64,000 nt of DNA, taken from positions 1 through 64,000 of the forward strand of contig JAWOID010000108.1 in NCBI GenBank assembly GCA_046484865.1, in the 5' to 3' direction. Source of the stretch: Candidatus Krumholzibacteriia bacterium. GTDB taxonomy: Bacteria > Krumholzibacteriota > Krumholzibacteriia > LZORAL124-64-63. The notes under the pieces are model-generated. The model saw nothing but the letters and a program-made list of their open reading frames with translations, had not been told where the DNA came from and ran no database searches. Of this stretch, positions 1-9,050 are shown piece by piece (position 1 is the stretch's first letter; every line of letters starts with the position of its first letter). Position numbers and translations under genes: made by a program.

Positions 1-258
1 GCTGGTAGAGACACCCGGCACGTCCAATACAACGCTGCTTTGGTTGGATAACTCACTCACCTCAATATCCACGTCCAGGCTTATCTGGCCCGAATCGAGC
101 ACGACCGGAAGGAATCCGAGATTGACCCCGAATTTCTTGTACTCAATGGTGATAGTGTTGTCTCGACCGGGAACGGGGAGAGGGAATTCACCGCCGGCGT
201 GAAACCGCGCCAATTTTCCTGTCGATGTGGTCAGGGTGGGCTCCGCCAGTACCTTGGC
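1..258 (-). pseudogene. Internal fragment of a Tad/Flp pilus secretin (CpaC/RcpA-like); no N-terminus, runs off the window edge
   Basis: Not in the ORF track. Hand translation of 258->1 gives 86 stop-free codons: AKVLAEPTLTTSTGKLARFHAGGEFPLPVPGRDNTITIEYKKFGVNLGFLPVVLDSGQISLDVDIEVSELSNQSSVVLDVPGVSTS, matching the CpaC secretin signature LAEPxL...FxAGGEFPxP...IEYKxFGVxLxFxPxVL. About 55% GC over 1-240 by hand count. Confidence 0.85.
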
Positions 259-1082
259 CCCGGCAGATCCGCTGGTCTCAACTGCGGCAGCGACCTGAAA
301 GCCAGGAGCAATCCATAGGCCGGGAAGAGCAGCAGCCAGGCCGGATGCAGGATGACCGCCAGCAGCAGAGAGACCAGCAGCGTGCCGGCGTTCAGCGTGT
401 GGGAGAACGAGAGGCGCCGACGCCGCCCGTCACCCCACCCATAGCGATAGAACTGACGCGCCGCCGCGCTCAACGAGCGACGCACTTCCCAGTGGACGAT
501 GGCGTCGGGCGCCACCAGATACCGGCCGCCGGCCGCCAGGCAGCGCTCGTTGAAGAGGGTGTCCTCACCCCAGGGTAGCCACTCGGGATAGCATCCCGCG
601 CGGCGCCAGAGGTCCCGGGTGAAGGCCACGGAGCGGCTCGAGGGCAAGAACCCGCGTGGCGGACGGTCCGCCACGGTGAGCGCCGCCAGGACCCGCTGAA
701 GACGGGTGTGGGCCACGGGGCGGAAGAACCCGCCCACGAGGTCGGCGCGGCCTTCGCGCAGGGGCCGCGTCACCCGCTCGCACCAGTGCCGGTCGATGCG
801 GCAACCTGCATCCGTGACGCAGATGAACTCGTGCGTCGCGGCTGCGATCGCCCGATTCCGCCCCGCGGCGATGCCGGCGCCGGGGGCGACGACGAGCTGC
901 AGGGCCACTTTGGCCGACTGCAGGGGCTCTCTCAGGCGCTCGCAGATCTCCACGGTGTCGTCGGTGGAGCCGCCGTCCACCAGCACGAGCTCGGCGGGCG
1001 GCCGGGTCTGCTGCGCGATATCGTTCAGCAGGTCCCCGATGCCCTCGGCCTCGTTGTATGTCGTGATGACCAGGCTAACCAT
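231..1082 (-). CDS. Family 2 glycosyltransferase, possibly 3'-truncated
   Basis: VSLVITTYNE, VDGGSTDDT, TDAG (DxD-like) and WGED motifs; last codons and stop fall in the low-GC secretin DNA. Confidence 0.92.
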   Translation of the reverse strand: MVSLVITTYNEAEGIGDLLNDIAQQTRPPAELVLVDGGSTDDTVEICERLREPLQSAKVALQLVVAPGAGIAAGRNRAIAAATHEFICVTDAGCRIDRHWCERVTRPLREGRADLVGGFFRPVAHTRLQRVLAALTVADRPPRGFLPSSRSVAFTRDLWRRAGCYPEWLPWGEDTLFNERCLAAGGRYLVAPDAIVHWEVRRSLSAAARQFYRYGWGDGRRRRLSFSHTLNAGTLLVSLLLAVILHPAWLLLFPAYGLLLAFRSLPQLRPADLPGPRYWRSPP

Positions 1083-2496
1083 GGACCTGGACCTTGCCGA
1101 GTCGAGCCAGCGCCGCCACCACCGCTGTCCCCGCCCGGAACAGCAGCAGCACCGCAGCCAGCTGAGAGAGGCTGGCCACGGGCAAGGCGACGTTCACAGG
1201 GAGCGAGTTGGCCATGACCATGTAGGCCGCCGCAACATAGAACAGGCCCCACCGCCCGGCCCGCATCGCCAGCGAGTAGAGACCCTGCAGGAAGATCATC
1301 CATAACGCGGGCGACAGCAGGGCGCCGGCGATGCCGAAGTTCCGGAAGCCCTCGCCCCAGAGGGTGATCCCGGCTTCGGATCGGCTCTCATCGCCCCATC
1401 CCAGATACTCCGTCGCGAAGTACCGCCCCAGCGACATGGACGGCTTGTCCGGCCAGACCGCGCGCGGTATCGGCCACATCAGAGCGGTCAGGTAGCTGCT
1501 GCCGTGCCAGGCGGGCCGCGGGGTGCGTCGCTCGGACTCGAGGATCAGGAGGAATCGTTCGGCGAAGTTGAGCCGTCCGGCGAGCGCCTGCCCCACGAGC
1601 TCGAAGTCGTCGGGTGCCAGCTCGATGTCGCCGGCCGCCCGGATCGGGTCGAACTCGACGTAGCCGACCTCGGAGATCTGCCGGGCCACGGCCACCCGGT
1701 AGCCATGGATGACCACGAACGACCCGACGAAGACCGCCAGCAGGAGCACGACCAACGCCACGAACCGCAGGTCGACGCGCAGCAGCCGCCGATGGTAGAG
1801 CACCATGGCGAACGGGAGCAGGATGGAGACGGAGGCAGCCTTCGACCCCGTGATCAGCAGCCAGGCGATCTCCATCGCCACCAGCGGCAGTATCCGCCGC
1901 GGACGATCGGCGAACACCACGCAACCCCACATGGCGATCGTCGCCATCCCGTTCAATGTGCCGTAGGTGTTGCTCGCACCCGTGAGCTCGAGCCTGGTGC
2001 CCAGCAGCGTTCCCTGGAGCAGGCCGTGGCTCAGCGCGTAGGTTCGCCACAGCCAGCCCAGCGCGAAGAACGTCAGGCAGACGAGCAAGGCCGCGTGCGC
2101 GGAAGGGTCGCGCCGGCGAATCGGTGACGGTGTGGCCGCGGGTACGAAGAGGTTGCCGAGATCGGCGATCAGGACGGAGATCAGCGCGATCACCAGCACC
2201 AGCAGGATGAGTTCTTCGTTCTGCCGCCAGCGCTCCGAGGCCACGAAGAGGGCGCTGAAGACGCAGCCGACCAGGACGCTCACGCGCGAGAGGTTGTGGA
2301 TCGCGAACGGGTCGCGCAGGACCGAGTGCCTGGGATGGAGGAACAGGGAAAGCACCACGTACGCCGCCGTGCCCGCCGCGAGCAGCCGCACAGACCACGG
2401 CGCGGCGAAGGCGAGGCAGGCGAGCGCGGCCAGAGCAGGTCCGGCCACGGCGGCGTATGCCAGCAGGCGTGGCGGGATGTCGACGCCGAACGACAT
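1075..2496 (-). CDS. wzy: Polytopic membrane protein, putative O-antigen/polysaccharide polymerase (Wzy-like)
   Basis: About 10-12 hydrophobic segments, periplasmic loop with IPRAVWPDKP and GEGFRNFG motifs, between wzz and GT2; start set at ATG 2496, next to the wzz stop. Confidence 0.72.
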   Translation of the reverse strand: MSFGVDIPPRLLAYAAVAGPALAALACLAFAAPWSVRLLAAGTAAYVVLSLFLHPRHSVLRDPFAIHNLSRVSVLVGCVFSALFVASERWRQNEELILLVLVIALISVLIADLGNLFVPAATPSPIRRRDPSAHAALLVCLTFFALGWLWRTYALSHGLLQGTLLGTRLELTGASNTYGTLNGMATIAMWGCVVFADRPRRILPLVAMEIAWLLITGSKAASVSILLPFAMVLYHRRLLRVDLRFVALVVLLLAVFVGSFVVIHGYRVAVARQISEVGYVEFDPIRAAGDIELAPDDFELVGQALAGRLNFAERFLLILESERRTPRPAWHGSSYLTALMWPIPRAVWPDKPSMSLGRYFATEYLGWGDESRSEAGITLWGEGFRNFGIAGALLSPALWMIFLQGLYSLAMRAGRWGLFYVAAAYMVMANSLPVNVALPVASLSQLAAVLLLFRAGTAVVAALARLGKVQVHG

Positions 2497-2498
2497 GG

Positions 2499-3467
2499 TC
2501 AGCCCCGCTCCACCGCAGCGAACCGCCGGGCGATCACGACCACGCTGGCAGCCAGCCCACCCAGGACGAATCCGATGATGCCCATGGCGGCCCGGTTCGG
2601 CCGTGAGCGGTGCAGCGGGGGCAGCGCGCGGTCGAGCACCTCGAGCGAGAACCGTTCCCTGTTGTCGTCGAGCTTGGCGATCTCGAGTTGCTTGATCAAC
2701 TCGACCCACACCGCCGTCAGGGCCTGCACCTCTCGCTCCAACTCTCCGGCCCTCTGCATGAGCCGCGGCGAGTCGACGAACGCGCGATTCTCCTCGCGGA
2801 ATCGGGCGCGGAGGCTCTCGGCCGTCTGCAACTCGGCCGCCACCTCGTCGAGGCGCCGCTGGACGTACTGGAGCCTCTCCCGCGCCTGGGCCTCGTTGAA
2901 CCCGACGATGAAATTCTCCAGCGAATCCGTGACCGCGTTGGCCAGTGCGGCGGCGAACACCGGATCGCCGGGCACGGTCACGCTCAGCTCCATCACGCCC
3001 TGCTTGTCCTGGTGGAACGCAAGCACACGTTCTCCGAGGTGTTGCTTGAGCCGGCGGGCAGCATCGAGCGAGTCGGACCCGGTGGCCGGGGGGAGGTCGA
3101 AGATCTCGTACAGCGACACCTCCCCATCACGACCGGGCCAGCTGCCCGTGATGATGCCGTCGAGAATCCGACTCGAACGGATGATGGTGGGGTACAGCGC
3201 TTCGAGGTTGCGATCGCCCGGGAGCGCGATGTTCGCGAAGCTGCCGATGGCGGCGATCAAGCCACCCGAACTCCCGGTCGCCTGCGGAAGCAGGGTCGCC
3301 GTGGCCGTGAACTGCGGCTGGACGAGGAACGACAGCCCCACGCCCAGGATGCCGGCGACGATCGCGACGACGACGATGGCCGCGGCATGCTTCCAGAGCG
3401 CCCGCAGGAGCGCGACCGTGAGGTCGCCCGCCTCGGTGCTCCGGTCCGTGAGCCTTTCGTCAAGCAT
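2499..3467 (-). CDS. wzz: Wzz/GNVR-type polysaccharide chain-length determinant
   Basis: N-terminal TM then PQFTATATLLP, coiled-coil middle, VLDRALPP..RSRPNR then C-terminal TM. Confidence 0.85.
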   Translation of the reverse strand: MLDERLTDRSTEAGDLTVALLRALWKHAAAIVVVAIVAGILGVGLSFLVQPQFTATATLLPQATGSSGGLIAAIGSFANIALPGDRNLEALYPTIIRSSRILDGIITGSWPGRDGEVSLYEIFDLPPATGSDSLDAARRLKQHLGERVLAFHQDKQGVMELSVTVPGDPVFAAALANAVTDSLENFIVGFNEAQARERLQYVQRRLDEVAAELQTAESLRARFREENRAFVDSPRLMQRAGELEREVQALTAVWVELIKQLEIAKLDDNRERFSLEVLDRALPPLHRSRPNRAAMGIIGFVLGGLAASVVVIARRFAAVERG

Positions 3468-4806
3468 GCTCGGTGACCTCCATGCTGCTTCTGTCCTGCC
3501 GCGCGTCTCGGCGCGCGAACTCCCGTTCGATGAAGAACCACTCGGCGGCGGTGGTCACCGGGTGGCTGAACAGGAGAGCCAGGGCGACCCCGACCTCTCC
3601 ATGTCGCGGCACCAGCATCAGCCCCAGCAACACGGCGGTGGCCCCGGCGGCCAGCGAGGACCACAGGTAGGGTCGGTCCAGCCGCAGACCCAGGGTGAAG
3701 GCGTTGACCAGACGCGCACCGCCGTAGTAGACCACCCAGACGCAGAGGACCCGGAACGGTGCCAGAGCCTGAGCGTAGGCCGGAGCGAAGAAGCGGTCGA
3801 GGACGAAAGGAGCGATCGCCGCCAGCGGCACGACCAGCGCGAGCGAGAGCAGACTGCTGAGCGCCGCGTACTGGCGCAAGCGGCGCCGCGCCATGCCGCT
3901 GTCGCTGTTCTCGTTTACGATGCGCGCGACCCGCGGGAGGAAGACGCGCACGATCTGATTCTGGAACAGCGTCACGACGGCGATCATCTGGAAGGCGAGC
4001 GCATAGTAACCGAGACGCTCCGTCGAGAGCCGGTGCTCGAGCAGCAACTGGTTCCAGTGCGAGATGAACAGGCTTGCCAGGGCCGCGAGCACGATGGTGC
4101 GATTGCCGGCCACGAGCCAGCGGAGGTGGGCCGACAGCCGGGCGCTCTCGACCCGCCACGTCCTGCGCGCGACGAACAGCTGGAGGGCCTGGGACAGACC
4201 GCGCGAGATCATCAGGAACAGGGCCGCAGTTGCGATGGTCGCGGTTCCCCGGGTTCCGAAGGTCACCAGCACCATGAAGCCGTAGACGAACTTTTCGGCC
4301 AGCGTGATGAGGGCTTGCTTGTGCATCTGGTAGCGGGAATCGAACCAGGACACGGGGTTGCCCGCCCAGAAGATCGCGGCCACGGAGCAGAACAGGATGA
4401 CCAGGCGCCGGTCGGATTCCAGTTCTGCGACCGCCAGATATCCTCCCACGGCGCCGAGCATGAGCAGGGCGAGGACCCCGCGCAGGACGAGGGACGCCGT
4501 CATCACGCCGTGGGGATCGCGGCTCTGGACCAGATCGCGGACCAGCGTGCGCTCGGCTCCGAAGTTGACGCAGGTGTAGATGACGGTACCGATCACCAGC
4601 CCGTAGCTGAGCAGGCCGTACTGTTCGGGTCCGAGACGGTTCGCCAGGTAGAAACTGATGCCCAGGCCCAGCGTGGCCTGCAGATAACTGGCGATCGAGA
4701 GCCCGTAACCGGCGCGAGCCGGCGGCGATACCGCGACCGTCCTGAGCCTGCGGATCAGATCCGTGACGGGCGGGTTCGAGACCCGATCGGAGCGCCGGTC
4801 GTTCAC
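3460..4806 (-). CDS. wzx: Wzx-type oligosaccharide flippase
   Basis: LANRLGPEQYG and LGYYALA motifs, about 12 TM segments, polysaccharide-locus context. Confidence 0.88.
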   Translation of the reverse strand: MNDRRSDRVSNPPVTDLIRRLRTVAVSPPARAGYGLSIASYLQATLGLGISFYLANRLGPEQYGLLSYGLVIGTVIYTCVNFGAERTLVRDLVQSRDPHGVMTASLVLRGVLALLMLGAVGGYLAVAELESDRRLVILFCSVAAIFWAGNPVSWFDSRYQMHKQALITLAEKFVYGFMVLVTFGTRGTATIATAALFLMISRGLSQALQLFVARRTWRVESARLSAHLRWLVAGNRTIVLAALASLFISHWNQLLLEHRLSTERLGYYALAFQMIAVVTLFQNQIVRVFLPRVARIVNENSDSGMARRRLRQYAALSSLLSLALVVPLAAIAPFVLDRFFAPAYAQALAPFRVLCVWVVYYGGARLVNAFTLGLRLDRPYLWSSLAAGATAVLLGLMLVPRHGEVGVALALLFSHPVTTAAEWFFIEREFARRDARQDRSSMEVTEHA

Positions 4807-5966
4807 TGTGCCGGTCTCTCGTCGCCCCGGCAGGTCGCGACGGCGAGACTCGGCCGGCCGCTCCGCAGGAGCACCTCGACGATCTGCCGCGCGCTGGTCC
4901 CGTCACCGTAGGGGTTCTGCGGTGCGGTCATGGATGCATAGACGGCCGGGTCGGTGAGCAATTCGTGCGTTCGCTCGACGATGGCGTGTCGCCGGGTGCC
5001 GACCAGGGCTGCCACGCCGGCCGTTACGGCCTCCGGGCGCTCCGTGGTCTCGCGCATGACCAGGACCGGCTTGCCCAGGGAAGGACCTTCCTCCTGTACG
5101 CCGCCGGAATCCGTCAGGATCAACCGGGCCGCGTCCATCAACCAGACGAAATCGAGGTAGTCGACCGGAGGAACGAGGTGGATGTTGTCCCGGCCGCCGA
5201 GCATGCCGTGGACCACGCTGCTCACGTTGGGGTTCAGGTGCACGGGGTACACCCACCGGACCTCGGGGTGCGCACGAGCGAGGTCGGAGATGGCCAGGCA
5301 GACGTTGCGAAAGCCGTCGCCGAAGTTCTCCCGCCGGTGGCCGGTGATGAGCACGAACGGGTGGGTGGCGAGGACGGCGGACAGCGCCGGATCCGCCCCG
5401 AAGCCGCGGGTGCGCGCCCATGCGAGCACCGACAGCAGGGCGTCGATCACCGTGTTGCCGACGACGTGGATGCGGTCGTCCGGGCAGTTTTCAGCCAGCA
5501 GCGCCTCGCGGGCGCGTTCGGTCGGGACGAAATGCCACTCGGCGAAGCAGGAGATGAACCTCCGGTTCACTTCCTCCGGAAACGGGGCGTAGCGCTGGTT
5601 CGTGCGCAGCCCTGCTTCGACGTGGGCAACGGGAATGCGGTGATAGAACGCGGCCAGCCCCGCGGCGAACGCGGTCGTCGTGTCGCCCTGGACGATCACC
5701 AGATCCGGCCTCCGCTCTTGCAGGACCCCGGACACCCGCTCGACCACGGCGGCGGTGAGGGAGGCGAGGCTCTGATCGTGACGCATCAGATCCAGGTCCA
5801 CATCCGGCCGGATGTCGAAGATCGACAGGACCTGGTCGAGCATCTCGCGGTGCTGGGCGGTCACGCAGACCTCGACCTCCACGCCGGAGCGCTCCCGCAA
5901 GGCGTGCACCACCGGGGCCAGCTTGATGGCCTCGGGACGGGTTCCGAATACCGTCAGAGCCTTCAA
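4803..5966 (-). CDS. wecB: UDP-N-acetylglucosamine 2-epimerase (non-hydrolysing)
   Basis: VFGTRPEAIK, TAQHREMLD, VQGDTTT, HVEAGLR, TDSGGVQEE, TERPE motifs; TTG start. Confidence 0.97.
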   Translation of the reverse strand: MKALTVFGTRPEAIKLAPVVHALRERSGVEVEVCVTAQHREMLDQVLSIFDIRPDVDLDLMRHDQSLASLTAAVVERVSGVLQERRPDLVIVQGDTTTAFAAGLAAFYHRIPVAHVEAGLRTNQRYAPFPEEVNRRFISCFAEWHFVPTERAREALLAENCPDDRIHVVGNTVIDALLSVLAWARTRGFGADPALSAVLATHPFVLITGHRRENFGDGFRNVCLAISDLARAHPEVRWVYPVHLNPNVSSVVHGMLGGRDNIHLVPPVDYLDFVWLMDAARLILTDSGGVQEEGPSLGKPVLVMRETTERPEAVTAGVAALVGTRRHAIVERTHELLTDPAVYASMTAPQNPYGDGTSARQIVEVLLRSGRPSLAVATCRGDERPAQ

Positions 5967-5991
5967 CGCGATCCTCTCGTCCCGGCGCTCG

Positions 5992-7143
5992 TCACGACAC
6001 GATCTCCCGCACCGCCTCCACCACGTCCTGCACGTCCTCGTCCGACATCACGCTGTTCAGCGGCAACGACACCAGACGCTGGTACGCGCCGTAGGCCACG
6101 GGGAAGTCCTCGGGGCGCCACTCGTAGCGGTCACGGAAGTAGGGGTGCAGGTGGATGGGGATGAAGTGCACCGACGTGCCGATGTTCCGCTCGGTCATCG
6201 CGGCGATGAAGCCCTCGCGGTCGAGGCCTTGCGGCAGCGCTTCCAGCCGCAGGCGCACCGGGAACAGGTGCCAGGCGCTGTCCACCTCGGGACGCTCCGT
6301 CGGCAGCTCCAGCGCCTCGAGGTCGGCGAAGGCGTGGCGGTACTGCGCCACGATCTCCCGCCGCCGCTCCTGCATCTGCCCGAGTCGCTGCAGTTGCACC
6401 AGGCCGAGCGCCGCCTGGATATCCGTCAGGTTGTACTTGAAGCCGGGCAGGACCACCTCGTAGTACCAGGAGCCGCCCTTGTCGTAGCGCTGCCAGGCTT
6501 CGCGGTTCATGCCGTGCAGCGCCAGCACCGCGCCGCGTTCCAGCAGGTCGGGATCGCCGGTGAGCATCCCGCCCTCGGCGGTGGTCAGGTTCTTGGTGGC
6601 GTAGAAGCTGAACGCCACCAGGTTCCGGCCGGAGCCGATCATGCGGCCGCGATACCGGGCCGGCAGGGCGTGGGCGGCGTCCTCCACCACGACCAAGCCG
6701 TGGCGGTCCGCCAGATCCTCGATCGGGTCCAGATCGACCGGGTGGCCGGCGTAGTGCACCGGCAGGATCGCCCGCGTCTGCTCCGTCACCGCCGCCGCCA
6801 CGGCGGCCGGCGAGATGTTGAGGGTGTCCGGCTCCACGTCCACCAGCACGGGGCGGGCGCCGACATGCTCGATCACGCTCACGGTGGAGCAGAAGGTCAT
6901 GGGCGTGGTGATCACCTCGTCGCCGGGACCCACCTCGTGTAGCACCAGCGCCAGGTGCAGCGCGGCGGTGCAGGAACTGAGCGCCAGCGCCCCGGGCGCG
7001 CCCATCGTCTCGGCGAAGTCGCGCTCGAACCGCTTGACCCTCGGTCCGCTGGTGATCCAGCCGGAGCGCAGGGCCGCGACCACCTCTTGGATCTCGTCCT
7101 CGCCGATGTCGGGCGGGGAAAAAGGCAGGAATTCCTCGCGCAT
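5992..7143 (-). CDS. DegT/DnrJ/EryC1/StrS-family PLP-dependent sugar aminotransferase
   Basis: SGWITSGP, SSCTAALHL, EDAAHA, FSFYATKNLTTAEGG; real start ATG 7143 (MREEFLPFS), not the ORF-track start. Confidence 0.95.
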   Translation of the reverse strand: MREEFLPFSPPDIGEDEIQEVVAALRSGWITSGPRVKRFERDFAETMGAPGALALSSCTAALHLALVLHEVGPGDEVITTPMTFCSTVSVIEHVGARPVLVDVEPDTLNISPAAVAAAVTEQTRAILPVHYAGHPVDLDPIEDLADRHGLVVVEDAAHALPARYRGRMIGSGRNLVAFSFYATKNLTTAEGGMLTGDPDLLERGAVLALHGMNREAWQRYDKGGSWYYEVVLPGFKYNLTDIQAALGLVQLQRLGQMQERRREIVAQYRHAFADLEALELPTERPEVDSAWHLFPVRLRLEALPQGLDREGFIAAMTERNIGTSVHFIPIHLHPYFRDRYEWRPEDFPVAYGAYQRLVSLPLNSVMSDEDVQDVVEAVREIVS

Positions 7144-7426
7144 GGCTTCGCTCCAGAGGGGGGGCGGGTGCTGCCGGCTCGACCGAGATGCCGCGGGGGA
7201 GGGCTCGTACGGCGGCTCGGCGGAGAATGCCAATGTACGGTCGGTCCGATGCCGGGGTAAAGCAAAACGTGGTCCAGCCGATGCCGAGGAAGCACGGCAC
7301 GCCGCCTGCATCCAGCCCCCCCAGCCGGCAGCGGTCCTTGCGCGTGGATTTCCCGCTGGAAATTCCCCGTCCATTGTGTTGTTTAGCTCATTGTTGCACG
7401 GCTGGCCACTGCCGAAGGGAGTCGAG

Positions 7427-8179
7427 GTGAAGCGAGCCGTCGATCTGGTCCTTTCCGCCGCTGCGATCCTGGCGTTGTGTCCGCTGTTCGTCCTGATCGC
7501 CCTCGTCGTGAAGCTGACCAGCCCCGGACCGGTTTTCTTCCGACAGGAGCGGGTGGGGCGCTTCGGCCGTCCGTTCCGCATCTGCAAGTTCCGCACGATG
7601 GTGGAGGGCGCCCAGCGGCGGGGCGGCGCGATCACCGTCGGCGGCGATCCGAGGGTGACGCCGGTGGGCCGGCTGCTGCGCCGCACCAAGCTCGACGAGT
7701 TGCCCCAGCTGGTGAACGTCGTCGCGGGCGAGATGTCGCTGGTGGGACCCCGCCCCGAGGTGCCGCAGTACGTGGAGCTGTTCTGGCGGGAGTTCGAGCC
7801 CGTCCTGCGGGTGCGCCCGGGCATCACCCACCGGGCGTCGGTCCTCTACCGTGACGAGGAGACGGTGCTGGCCGCGGCCGCCGATCCCGAGCGCTGCTAT
7901 CGCGAAGAGGTGCTGCCGCGCAAGCTGCGCCTCTACACCCAGGACCTGGACCGCGAGAGCATGCTGGACGACGCGCGCGTCATCTGCCAGACCATCCTCA
8001 CGGTGGCGGCGGGGGCGACCGTCCCGTCCGCGTCGGCGCGCACGCGCGACCTTGCCGCCGCCGACCTCGGCCCGCTCGACCTCGGCCCGCTGGACCTGGG
8101 CCCGCGCGACGACGCCCCCCTCGACCTCGAGGCAGAGGCGAGGGAGCCGGCCCTGGCAACGGGGACCGATTTGCGGTAG
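7427..8179 (+). CDS. Bacterial sugar transferase (initiating phosphoglycosyl transferase, PglC/WcaJ-like)
   Basis: KRAVD, FRQERVG, KFRTM, KLDELPQL, MSLVGPRP, RPGIT motifs; GTG start after GAAGGGAG. Confidence 0.93.
   Translation: MKRAVDLVLSAAAILALCPLFVLIALVVKLTSPGPVFFRQERVGRFGRPFRICKFRTMVEGAQRRGGAITVGGDPRVTPVGRLLRRTKLDELPQLVNVVAGEMSLVGPRPEVPQYVELFWREFEPVLRVRPGITHRASVLYRDEETVLAAAADPERCYREEVLPRKLRLYTQDLDRESMLDDARVICQTILTVAAGATVPSASARTRDLAAADLGPLDLGPLDLGPRDDAPLDLEAEAREPALATGTDLR
8063..8110 (+). repeat. Imperfect in-frame 15-bp tandem repeat (about 3 copies, DLGPL) in the sugar transferase tail
   Basis: gacctcggcccgctc gacctcggcccgctg gacctgggcccgcgc gac. Confidence 0.8.
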
Positions 8180-8299
8180 AATCGGATGCTTGCGCCCACG
8201 GGCGCGGGCGCCCCGTCCGCGGATTCGGGCCGCTCCGGGCCGCCACGGCCGCCACGGCCGGACCACGCTCGCACGTCGAACCGGCAAAGGAAACGTTCC

Positions 8300-8944
8300 A
8301 TGAATGCCCAGCCCGTCCACCCGCGCAGCGAGATCAAGAGCAAGAACATCGTCTGGTCGGACTCCGAGATCTCGTACGAGGATCGCATCACGCGCAACGG
8401 CCACAAGGGTGCCGTGCTCTGGTTCACCGGCCTCTCCGGCGCCGGCAAGTCCACCCTGGCCCGTCTGGTGGAGAAGGAGCTGTTCCTGCGTCGCTGCCAC
8501 ACCTACATCCTCGACGGCGACAATGTCCGGCATGGCCTGAACCGCGACCTGGGCTTCAGCCCGGAGGACCGCAACGAGAACATCCGCCGCATCGGCGAGG
8601 TGGCGCGGCTGTTCCTGGACGCGGGCAGCATCTGCATCACCGCTTTCATCTCGCCCTATCGCTCCGACCGCCAGCGGGCGCGGGACATCATGCCTCCGGG
8701 CGCCTTCATCGAGATCTACTGCCGCTGCCCTCTGGACATCTGCGAGCAGCGCGATCCCAAGGGGCTGTACCGCCGCGCGCGCGCGGGCGAGATCCCCGAG
8801 TTCACCGGAATCAGCGCCCCCTACGAGGAACCGGAGGATCCGGAGATCGTCGTGGAGACGGCGGGAGTGTCGCCGGTGATCTGCGTGGACCGGATCCTCG
8901 CCGGGCTGCAGGACCGGCGCATCCTCTACCTGAACGGCCGCTGA
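8300..8944 (+). CDS. cysC: Adenylyl-sulfate (APS) kinase
   Basis: [52 protein letters not shown] 8300 after AAGGA. Confidence 0.96.
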   Translation: MNAQPVHPRSEIKSKNIVWSDSEISYEDRITRNGHKGAVLWFTGLSGAGKSTLARLVEKELFLRRCHTYILDGDNVRHGLNRDLGFSPEDRNENIRRIGEVARLFLDAGSICITAFISPYRSDRQRARDIMPPGAFIEIYCRCPLDICEQRDPKGLYRRARAGEIPEFTGISAPYEEPEDPEIVVETAGVSPVICVDRILAGLQDRRILYLNGR

Positions 8945-9050
8945 CCCCCGACGCTGGCATACAGATTGCCTTAGAGCGCGCGACGGCCCAGGCGCCGCGT
9001 CTCTGAAGTATCTGCATGACAAGGACTTGCGTTCGGGAGAGAGTCAACCG

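Noticed and set aside
2296..4911. Long antisense or alternate-frame ORFs (this 871 aa one; also 11177-13846, 28550-32812, 44324-47590, 48120-50426 and many more)
   Set aside because: They shadow well-supported genes, are Arg/Ala/Pro-rich with no motifs, and are expected at this GC content.
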